A DNA stretch of 14,085 bases from an uncultured Fibrobacterales bacterium (GTDB taxonomy: Bacteria; Fibrobacterota; Fibrobacteria; Fibrobacterales; CAWVXU01). The position numbers and the translations under genes were made by a program. This document shows positions 1 to 6,672 of the stretch, one piece after another. The DNA is taken from assembly GCA_963934255.1 (NCBI GenBank), contig CAWVXU010000069.1:1-14085 (forward strand), written 5' to 3'. The notes under the pieces were generated by a model that searched no databases, was not told where the DNA came from, and saw nothing but the letters and a program-made list of their open reading frames with translations. The stretch's first letter is position 1. Every line of letters starts with the position of its first letter.

Positions 1-234
1 CAACCAAGTACACCAATTCCAATTCCAATTGAAATTACTCCGGTATTTGAAACGCCATCGCTCAAGCCAATTCCAACTGTTTCAACAGCACATGAAATCA
101 ACCCTGTTGTAACACCAACCAGTGAAATTACTCCACTAGAAGCTACAGCTGAATTGGAAACCAACGAATCAGCGCCCTCAATTAAATATTTGAGACCACT
201 CGAAGAAATCGGATCTATAGAGCCAGCCCCTTAG
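1..234 (+). CDS. 3' end of a CDS with a low-complexity Pro/Thr/Glu-rich C-terminal tail (partial, function unknown)
   Basis: Frame 1 is open from base 1 to TAG at 232-234: QPSTPIPIPIEITPVFETPSLKPIPTVSTAHEINPVVTPTSEITPLEATAELETNESAPSIKYLRPLEEIGSIEPAP*. It has repeated EI(T/N)P motifs. Confidence 0.7.
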   Translation, partial: QPSTPIPIPIEITPVFETPSLKPIPTVSTAHEINPVVTPTSEITPLEATAELETNESAPSIKYLRPLEEIGSIEPAP

Positions 235-247
235 TTCTCAACCCATC

Positions 248-467
248 TTAAATATCCCAATGGTTGATAATCTCAACGCCACTTTTCTCAAAATCTTTGC
301 TGTTTCTAGTCAAAAGACACAAGCTATTCTCAATTGCAGTTGCGAATATAATCGAATCAAAAGCCGACACAGAAAACCCTTCATCAAGCCTTGAAGTCAA
401 GCTTCAACTTGATGACAAACAGAGATACAACCTGATCTGGATTGATAGTCTTCAGCATAAAGTTCAT
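248..467 (-). pseudogene. Degraded PIN-domain (VapC/FitB-like) toxin gene
   Basis: Manual minus-strand translation of 403->248 gives SLTSRLDEGFSVSAFDSIIFATAIENSLCLLTRNSKDFEKSGVEIINHWDI*. This matches the VapC C-terminal pattern D-x-x-I-A-A-T-A...L-V-T-R-N-x-K-D-F...G-V-x-x-x-N-P-W. An in-frame TGA sits at 406-404. A VapC-like N-terminus (MNFMLKTINPDQVV...) starts at ATG 467 in another frame, and the middle of the domain is missing. Confidence 0.7.
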
Positions 468-473
468 TGAGTT

Positions 474-644
474 TCAGATTTTGTTCCTGGTGAGGCAGTG
501 CTGATTGATTCTCTCAAGCCAGCACGATTCCTTGATGTCGTCCTTAATACGCAGGGGTCTAGTTGTGGGAATGATTTTTACAATTATATTATTACTCCTG
601 ATGGTCAGATTTTCGTTCTTTAATTGTTTGTCATATTTGTATAT
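474..644 (-). pseudogene. Possible remnant of the cognate antitoxin (Phd/YefM-like)
   Basis: An open minus-strand stretch reads IYKYDKQLKNENLTIRSNNIIVKIIPTTRPLRIKDDIKESCWLERINQHCLTRNKI* and ends just before the VapC-like ATG. ENLTIRSNNIIVKIIP loosely resembles the Phd 'ExVxITxxGxPVAxLVP' motif. There is no in-frame ATG. Confidence 0.25.
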
Positions 645-682
645 TAAGCTTAGATTAAAGTGGTCATTCAGGATAGTAATTA

Positions 683-1657
683 ATGAATATTCTCATTACA
701 GGTGCCTCAGGTTTCATTGGAACTCATCTTACCAAAGACTTGACCAGCCAAGGTCATCATGTCTATGCTATGAAACGCAATCATCATCGTTCTTCAAGCA
801 TTTCAAATACATCGCCTCATATTGTACCCAATAATGAGCCCTTCTATTGGAGCCCTTCTCAAAACCAAATCCATTACGACAAGTCCATCCTTATTGATGT
901 CGTCATCCATCTTGCCGGAGCAGGTATTGCAGACAAACGTTGGACACCCGCCCGCAAAAAGGTCATCTTAGAAAGCCGCACGCAAGGCACCCAACTTCTC
1001 GCCCAAACTCTGGCCGACCTCAGTCTCCAGCTCAGACCCAAACTATTTCTCTCCAGTTCAGGTATAGGCTATTATGGCAATACCGGTGACCAAACAGCCA
1101 CCGAAACCACATCAGCCGGCTCTGATTTTATCTCAGACATTTGCAAGCAATGGGAGGCTGCGACCCAGCCCGCTCAAGATGCTGGTATTCCTACAGTCCA
1201 TCTAAGGACAGGGTTGGTACTTAGCACTCAAGGTGGCGCTCTCTCCAAAATGCTCATCCCCTTCAAATTAGGGCTTGGTGGACGCATCGGAAACGGGAAG
1301 CAATATATGAGCTGGATTTCACTCAGTGATTACTTGCGGGCGATAACATTTCTTGTGAATCAATCTGAGGACAACGGGGAGGGTGACGGGGAGAGAATAC
1401 AGAACGCTGTTAATTTCGTTTCACCTCATCCCATTTCAAATGCAGAGTTTTCCAAACACTTAGCGAAGTCACTAGGGCGTCCATGTCTTTTTCCATTACC
1501 AGCAATCGTTTCCAAAATCATCTTAGGTGAAATGGCTGAAAGCCTTTTGCTGACGAGTAATAGAATAGTCCCACAAGTACTTCTTAATTCTGGATTTCAA
1601 TTCGAGGATATTGACTGCTTCCAAACATTAAAGAGTTTAAACGCCACAGGTCAATAA
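683..1657 (+). CDS. TIGR01777/YfcH family NAD-dependent epimerase-like oxidoreductase
   Basis: N-terminal Rossmann motif ILITGASGFIG. Family-typical motifs: VIHLAGAGIADKRWT, SSSGIGYYG, CKQWE, LRTGLVLS, PFKLGLGGRIGNGKQYMSWI, LGEMA. Confidence 0.93.
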   Translation: MNILITGASGFIGTHLTKDLTSQGHHVYAMKRNHHRSSSISNTSPHIVPNNEPFYWSPSQNQIHYDKSILIDVVIHLAGAGIADKRWTPARKKVILESRTQGTQLLAQTLADLSLQLRPKLFLSSSGIGYYGNTGDQTATETTSAGSDFISDICKQWEAATQPAQDAGIPTVHLRTGLVLSTQGGALSKMLIPFKLGLGGRIGNGKQYMSWISLSDYLRAITFLVNQSEDNGEGDGERIQNAVNFVSPHPISNAEFSKHLAKSLGRPCLFPLPAIVSKIILGEMAESLLLTSNRIVPQVLLNSGFQFEDIDCFQTLKSLNATGQ

Positions 1658-1960
1658 CAGAATCAAGATTCTAGTTCATCGGGTTTGTTCTTATGTTGAC
1701 TCATAAATAAACTCCCATATATCAGACCCCATATTGCCCATTGGCTACCTACCTCAAAGTAGAGGGGCTGTATCATGAACCCTCTATACAAGATAAGGCT
1801 TCAGAGTGTACTATGGAAGTCTCGAACCATTGTCTTAAAGAATTAAGAGATCGGTTTGTGACAGATGTTATATCCCCGCTACAAATAAAAATGATTATTG
1901 GTGATAATGATGGAGATTAAATAAAGTTAAATTCTGTTAAAATCAACTCAAAATATATAT

Positions 1961-2581
1961 TTGATGCAAATAAAAGGAGAGACCATCTTTAATTTAAAAT
2001 CAATGCTAGTTAAAGAGCAAGTAGGCTTTTTAAAAATTTCACGCGCTTACGATATCTTTGACCCAGATACTCAAGCCAAAATTGCTGTTGCCAAAGAAGA
2101 AACTAATATCGCTTTAAAATTGTTGAAGCTATTTGTGAACAAAGCAATGCTTCCAACAACTGTGAATGTCTATCAAGCAGACTCTGCAGCAGAAGGTGAA
2201 AAGGGAGAGTTACAATTCAGTCTCAAACGAGGTTTTGCTCTTTTAAGACCTAAACTTAAGATTTCAAATGCACAAGGCGAGTTTCTAGGTTACTTACAAC
2301 CTAAAATGTTCTCCATTGGTGGTGCCTTCAAAGTTTTTTCTCCAGATGATGTTGAAGTAGCCCGAGTCAAAGGTGATTGGAAAGGCTGGAACTTCAAATT
2401 TTTAGTAGGCGAACAAGAAGTCGGTCTAGTCACTAAGAAATGGGCCGGAGTAGGCAAAGAACTCTTTACCTCAGCTGACACATACATGATTGACATTCAC
2501 GGTGAAGTCAATGCTGCCAATACTATTCTTTTATTAAGCGCTGGACTTTGTATTGATCTAGTACTTAAAAGCTCTAAGTAG
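1961..2581 (+). CDS. Phospholipid scramblase / LURP-one (tubby-like) family protein; start uncertain (1961, 1964, 1985 or 2003)
   Basis: Motifs VKEQVGFLK...YDIFD, GDWKGWNFKF, VTKKWAGVGKELFTSADTY and LLLSAGLCIDLV are characteristic of bacterial scramblase-like proteins. Confidence 0.85.
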   Translation: MMQIKGETIFNLKSMLVKEQVGFLKISRAYDIFDPDTQAKIAVAKEETNIALKLLKLFVNKAMLPTTVNVYQADSAAEGEKGELQFSLKRGFALLRPKLKISNAQGEFLGYLQPKMFSIGGAFKVFSPDDVEVARVKGDWKGWNFKFLVGEQEVGLVTKKWAGVGKELFTSADTYMIDIHGEVNAANTILLLSAGLCIDLVLKSSK

Positions 2582-2590
2582 AGGTTAGAT

Positions 2591-3442
2591 ATGCAAGAGT
2601 TGAGTTATAAAGTTGCTAAGTCACAATTTTTTCAAAATTTTGTAACATTTGCCATTATTGTAGCAGGTTTGTTGGTAGGTATTTCAACTTACCACGATTT
2701 CTACCTGAAGCATCAAGGTCTATTGGATACACTCAATCTAATAGTCCTGATTATATTCATCATAGAGATTGCAGTGAAAATTGCAGCAGAAGGTAAAAAG
2801 CCATGGCTTTACTTTACTAAAGCATGGAATATATTCGACTTCGTTATTGTCACAGCAGCCTTCTTACCATTTGGCGGAAGCTCAATTGCAATCCTCAGGT
2901 TACTCAGGCTTCTTAGGGTACTTAAGCTCATCAAGGCGCTTCCTAAACTTCAAGTATTAGTGAGTGCGCTACTCAAAAGTATCCCTTCTATGGGGTATGT
3001 GAGCATTTTGCTTCTATTGCTCTTTTACATCTACGCAGTGGCTGCTGTTTTCTTCTTTGGAGAAAATGATCCTATCCATTTCAAGGATCTACAAACTTCT
3101 ATGCTATCGATGTTTAGAGTAGTGACTTTAGAGGATTGGACGGATGTGATGTATATCAATATGTTCGGTTGTGAGAGCTATGGATATGGTGGCTTTGAGG
3201 AATTCTGTACAGCGTCCAAATCAAATCCATTATTTAGTGCTCTATTTTTCGTTTCATTTGTTCTTGTGGGGACGATGATCTTCTTAAATCTATTCATTGG
3301 TGTCATCATGAATGGTATGGACGAAGCTCGTAAAGAGATGGAAGAGTCACAAGTGACTGAAGGTGGACAAGAGCATATTGTGCTTATTGAGAAAAAGATG
3401 GAAGAGCTTCTAGTCCTTTTGGCTGCGCTTAAAAACAAATAA
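2591..3442 (+). CDS. Bacterial voltage-gated sodium/calcium channel (BacNav-type 6TM ion transporter)
   Basis: Six hydrophobic segments, S3 WNIFDF, S4 voltage sensor ILRLLRLLRVLKLIK, pore loop FRVVTLEDWTDVMY, S6 LNLFIGVI, and a C-terminal coiled coil. SD GAGG lies upstream. Confidence 0.93.
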   Translation: MQELSYKVAKSQFFQNFVTFAIIVAGLLVGISTYHDFYLKHQGLLDTLNLIVLIIFIIEIAVKIAAEGKKPWLYFTKAWNIFDFVIVTAAFLPFGGSSIAILRLLRLLRVLKLIKALPKLQVLVSALLKSIPSMGYVSILLLLLFYIYAVAAVFFFGENDPIHFKDLQTSMLSMFRVVTLEDWTDVMYINMFGCESYGYGGFEEFCTASKSNPLFSALFFVSFVLVGTMIFLNLFIGVIMNGMDEARKEMEESQVTEGGQEHIVLIEKKMEELLVLLAALKNK

Positions 3443-3481
3443 GTCAACTATTCTCAGTTCAAATACATGAATATGAATGAA

Positions 3482-3515
3482 TAAAAAAGCTTAGCAACTC
3501 TGCTCAGCTTTTTTA
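3482..3515. terminator. Probable bidirectional intrinsic terminator after the channel gene
   Basis: Inverted repeat TAAAAAAGCTTAGCA-ACTC-TGCTCAGCTTTTTTA with one mismatch, flanked by A and T tracts. Confidence 0.7.
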
Positions 3516-3519
3516 TCAT
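3491..3519 (+). promoter_or_regulatory. Candidate sigma70 promoter for a leaderless arfB transcript
   Basis: TTAGCA (3491-3496), 17-nt spacer, TATCAT (3514-3519), then 6 nt to the arfB ATG. No SD sequence is present. Confidence 0.35.
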
Positions 3520-3525
3520 TAGACC

Positions 3526-3945
3526 ATGATCATCATAAACAATAGAATAAAGCTACTAGACTCTGATGTTCAGATTTCAGCCACTACCTCACAAGGGCCA
3601 GGCGGTCAAAACGTCAACAAGGTAGCCACAGCTATTCAGCTGAGATTTGATATTCCCAATTCAAGTTTACATGCCATCTATAAGAGCCGATTACTCAAAG
3701 CAAGTGACCAGAGACTCACTCAAGATGGCGTCCTGATCATCAAGGCTCAAAACCACCGATCTCAAGAAAAAAACAAATTTGAAGCCATCAGTAGGCTCAG
3801 AGATTTTTTTACCGATACCCTTCATGTTCCTAAGCACCGCAAAGAGACCAAGCCCACAATAAATTCTCAAAAAAAACGCGTAGATACCAAGCAAAGACGA
3901 GGCCAAACCAAATCACTCAGACAAAAGCCACGCCGGGACGATTAA
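3526..3945 (+). CDS. arfB: Alternative ribosome rescue peptidyl-tRNA hydrolase ArfB (YaeJ)
   Basis: SQGPGGQNVNKVATA GGQ motif, RSQEKNK, and a basic C-terminal tail PKHRKETKPT...KQRRGQTKSLR. 139 aa. Confidence 0.95.
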   Translation: MIIINNRIKLLDSDVQISATTSQGPGGQNVNKVATAIQLRFDIPNSSLHAIYKSRLLKASDQRLTQDGVLIIKAQNHRSQEKNKFEAISRLRDFFTDTLHVPKHRKETKPTINSQKKRVDTKQRRGQTKSLRQKPRRDD

Positions 3946-3985
3946 ACATTTCAAAGTTTCATACCCTCAAGAATGTTCATACGAT

Positions 3986-4419
3986 TCATTCAGAGCCAAA
4001 ATAAATCGGTGGAGGCAATAGTTTTTGTTTTCCATTCTCCAGGTCTCTGAGAACCATCGAGGCAATAGGGAAGTCTTTAAAATCAAATTCTGATAACTGA
4101 CTTTTACTTATAAGTTGAAGCTTAATTAATTCTTCGTTCAACTCTATAATAGAAACTCTACCAATAGCCTTTAAAGAATAGCACACTGACTAGGTGTTGC
4201 CCCTTGATCAACAAAGCCAGAAATAAAAGAAAACTGATCCTCATTGCAACCCCTCTTTCGAGCTAACACATATTGGTCATTGATTTTTACAATGACCACA
4301 ACTACCGGAGTGGGTGCATCCCAAAGTACATACCCGCAACTTTTACTACAAGCGAGTTTCTCACTAGAATCAAAAATGGCTGTGATAAGATCACAGCCAC
4401 ATTGAGGACAAAATTTCAT
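3986..4419 (-). pseudogene. Nudix hydrolase with N-terminal zinc ribbon, disrupted by an internal deletion/frameshift
   Basis: MKFCPQCG...C..CGYVLWDAPTPVV...LAR...SGFVDQGATPSQCAIL* stops exactly where REUxEE of the Nudix box should be. A C-terminal part (ELNEEL...) continues in another frame (4186-3986). Confidence 0.75.
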
Positions 4420-4447
4420 TTGAATTTCCCCAAGTATAAAGTCACAC

Positions 4448-5674
4448 TTACTTTAAGTTAGCATTTAAACTATCAAGCATTGGTTGACTACCGTCAGGCA
4501 TTTTATCTTGAGTGATTTCCCAAATAAGCACACCGTTTAAGTTCTTCTCGCTCACATAGCGGGCTTTAATAGCGATCGACTGAGGGTTTTCAAATCCAAG
4601 CTCACCTTTGACACTATTTATAGTATAAGTTGCGTAGGGTACTTTCGCTTGATCATCCCACATCATTTTAAGATCTTTTTCCTTTTCCATAATCTCATTA
4701 TATGAGGGTGCACCACCATCAGACCAGGTAGCTGTATCGGCTTGTTTAGGCCCAGACCAGGAACGGCCATAGAAAGCCAGTCCCATATTCATTTTCTCTT
4801 TAGGCACTCCGGCTTTCAACCACAAGTCCACACAAGCCGAAGCCGAACCCATATCTTTAGCATCTTTTCCATAAAGAGGGGAGTTCAAGCCAAATCTTTC
4901 TTCCCACGGACCGTGAAGGTCATAGGCCATCAGGTTAAATACATCAAGATTTTTCACTAATGCCGGTATATCATAACCTTGGCCAAGTCTCCAACCACTG
5001 CAAGGGACAGCTGCTGTGAGGCCTGATTTTTTACCCGTTTTCTTATTGTAGGCATCGATGGCAACTCGAAGTGCGGATGTCAATTTCACAAAGTTTACTT
5101 TATCAACCGAAGAGGCAAGTTTTGGAACATGGCCATCTGTTCCTGGGTATTCCCAATCAAGGTCAATTCCATCAAATCCATGTACACTCATTAATTTGAT
5201 CGCTTGATTGACAAAAACTTTGGTCTTAGCCGGACTCTTAGCAATACCGTAAAAATTCTTAGTTAAAGTCCATCCCCCCACAGATGCATAGACTTTTACG
5301 CCATTTTTATGCGCAATGGAGATGAGAGATTCTTTTTCAGCACCTTTTGCGTGAGTTGTGCACTGGGTGGTGACTTTATCTTCAGCGTTTATATTAGTTA
5401 GGCATTTCTTTTGGCCGGTTTGAGAGGTCGGTCCATATATTAGGATGTTGTCTATAGCGGCGACACCTTGAATACCCCCTGTGACATGTAATTTACCATC
5501 AGGCCCCGGAGCATAAAAGGAATAATCCAATTGGGTTATCATGTCCCATGCGACATCAGTTGGACTGTAGTGGTGAGCTTTCCAAGTGGGATAGTACCCG
5601 ACAATGTGTTTTTTTGCCCAAACAGCAGAGTATAATAAGCTGACAAGAAGGACTGCAATAATTTTTTTATTCAT
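4448..5674 (-). CDS. Secreted glycoside hydrolase family 18 chitinase
   Basis: Signal peptide MNKKIIAVLLVSLLYSAVWA. Motifs IVGYY, SVGGW, catalytic FDGIDLDWEYP, NLMAYDLHG, MGLAFYGR, WDDQAKVPY, GVLIWEITQD. Confidence 0.95.
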   Translation of the reverse strand: MNKKIIAVLLVSLLYSAVWAKKHIVGYYPTWKAHHYSPTDVAWDMITQLDYSFYAPGPDGKLHVTGGIQGVAAIDNILIYGPTSQTGQKKCLTNINAEDKVTTQCTTHAKGAEKESLISIAHKNGVKVYASVGGWTLTKNFYGIAKSPAKTKVFVNQAIKLMSVHGFDGIDLDWEYPGTDGHVPKLASSVDKVNFVKLTSALRVAIDAYNKKTGKKSGLTAAVPCSGWRLGQGYDIPALVKNLDVFNLMAYDLHGPWEERFGLNSPLYGKDAKDMGSASACVDLWLKAGVPKEKMNMGLAFYGRSWSGPKQADTATWSDGGAPSYNEIMEKEKDLKMMWDDQAKVPYATYTINSVKGELGFENPQSIAIKARYVSEKNLNGVLIWEITQDKMPDGSQPMLDSLNANLK

Positions 5675-5815
5675 TTAACACTCTTATTTAAATTCAAGGA
5701 TTGATGATTGATAAGAAAAAAGTGCCTGAGGACTAATTTTTTCAGTTGAATTTGTTAATTCAGGTCCATATTTTACAAATAATTGCATTTTTGTCCAAAT
5801 TACTTGATTTCTCCA

Positions 5816-5843
5816 TTGACACTAAAATTTGCTTTCTTAAATT
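5816..5843 (+). promoter_or_regulatory. Putative sigma70 promoter of the leader-act operon
   Basis: Perfect -35 TTGACA (5816-5821), 16-nt spacer, -10-like TAAATT (5838-5843), with AT-rich sequence upstream. Confidence 0.55.
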
Positions 5844-5872
5844 TATAGCGTCTGTTGAGAAGGGATATAATT

Positions 5873-6046
5873 ATGCGCATTTCTACAAACCAAGTATGTT
5901 TTTTTGAATCTTCGCATTTTTGTACCCAGGTTCAAAACGAATTTACCAATGTGTTTTTTACCCAATTTCAAAACGAATTTACCGATATGTTTTGTACCCA
6001 ATTTCAAAACGAAACCGATATGACAAACGCCCTTCAGCTATGCTGA
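5873..6046 (+). CDS. Putative Phe/Cys-rich repetitive leader peptide (57 aa) upstream of actA
   Basis: SD-like GAAGGGA (5859-5865) then ATG 5873: MRISTNQVCFFESSHFCTQVQNEFTNVFFTQFQNEFTDMFCTQFQNETDMTNALQLC*. Repeat units (36, 36, 33 nt) are multiples of 3. The stop codon lies in the terminator stem. Confidence 0.55.
   Translation: MRISTNQVCFFESSHFCTQVQNEFTNVFFTQFQNEFTDMFCTQFQNETDMTNALQLC
5918..6022 (+). repeat. Three tandem 36/36/33-nt direct repeats
   Basis: TTTTGTACCCAGGTTCAAAACGAATTTACCAATGTG / TTTTTTACCCAATTTCAAAACGAATTTACCGATATG / TTTTGTACCCAATTTCAAAACGAA---ACCGATATG. Confidence 0.95.
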
Positions 6047-6061
6047 GGGCGTTTTTTGTTT
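6025..6061 (+). terminator. Intrinsic terminator (attenuator-like) in the act operon leader
   Basis: Stem AAACGCCCT(T)CAGC-TAT-GCTGAGGGCGTTT running into TTTTTTGTTT, about 32 nt upstream of the actA ATG. Confidence 0.85.
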
Positions 6062-6093
6062 GATATGAACTAATTCGACCCAAAAGGACCGAT

Positions 6094-6663
6094 ATGAATA
6101 AGGAATGGCTAGACAATGCCTTAAAAGTAAGGCTGCCGATCATTTTAGTGGTTGTGCTCGTGACATACGTGCTCACCTTTTACATTTCAGCACCCGAAAG
6201 GACGAACATTGGTAATCAGCCAGTGCAGCCGATTCCTTTCTCTCATAAGTTGCATGCGGGTACTATGGAGATAGACTGTAAATACTGTCACGTGGGAGCC
6301 GAAAAGGGCCGTCACGCTGTAGTTCCCTCTGTTAATATTTGTATGAACTGTCACAAGCATGTGAAAACAGATTCACCACACATCAAAAAACTCACTAAAC
6401 ACTACGAAACAGGTGAGCCTGTTCCATGGAAGCGCATCTATCGGGTGCCAGAGTATGTTTACTTTGATCACTCTGTTCATGTGGCAAAAGGCTTCGACTG
6501 TTCTCAGTGTCACGGTGACGTGGCTGCTATGGATACGGTCTATCAAGCCCGTCGAGTAACTATGGGCCGATGTATTAACTGCCATAGAGGCGCTCATGAT
6601 GAGCAAACTGGTATCACTGCGGACGATAAAGGTCCAACAAACTGTTCTGTTTGTCACCGTTAA
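6094..6663 (+). CDS. actA: Alternative complex III pentaheme cytochrome c subunit ActA
   Basis: One N-terminal TM helix, QPVQPIPFSHKLHAG, five CxxCH motifs (CKYCH, CMNCH, CSQCH, CINCH, CSVCH), PEYVYFDHSVH. SD AAGGA. Confidence 0.93.
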   Translation: MNKEWLDNALKVRLPIILVVVLVTYVLTFYISAPERTNIGNQPVQPIPFSHKLHAGTMEIDCKYCHVGAEKGRHAVVPSVNICMNCHKHVKTDSPHIKKLTKHYETGEPVPWKRIYRVPEYVYFDHSVHVAKGFDCSQCHGDVAAMDTVYQARRVTMGRCINCHRGAHDEQTGITADDKGPTNCSVCHR

Positions 6664-6672
6664 GGAATAAAG

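Noticed and set aside
14..138. CCAATT x3 and GAAATTACTCC x2 repeats as a regulatory or mobile element
   Set aside because: They are explained by the Pro/Ile/Thr low-complexity coding sequence.
264..834. Plus-strand ORFs 264-470 and 505-834
   Set aside because: They are shadows of the minus-strand vapBC-like remnant or overlap the TIGR01777 gene, and have no recognisable motifs.
5700..5820. FNR/CRP-type site upstream of the act operon
   Set aside because: TTGAT half-sites are present, but none has the matching ATCAA at 4-nt spacing.
5918..6046. CRISPR array (36-nt period, GTTTTG...CAAAAC ends and AGCTATGCTG reminiscent of type II repeats)
   Set aside because: The units are directly adjacent with no unique spacers, and there are no cas genes in the window.
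5873..6046. RiPP precursor with repeated core peptides
   Set aside because: No modifying enzyme, protease or transporter nearby, and no recognisable leader or cleavage motif. It cannot be fully excluded if enzymes act in trans.
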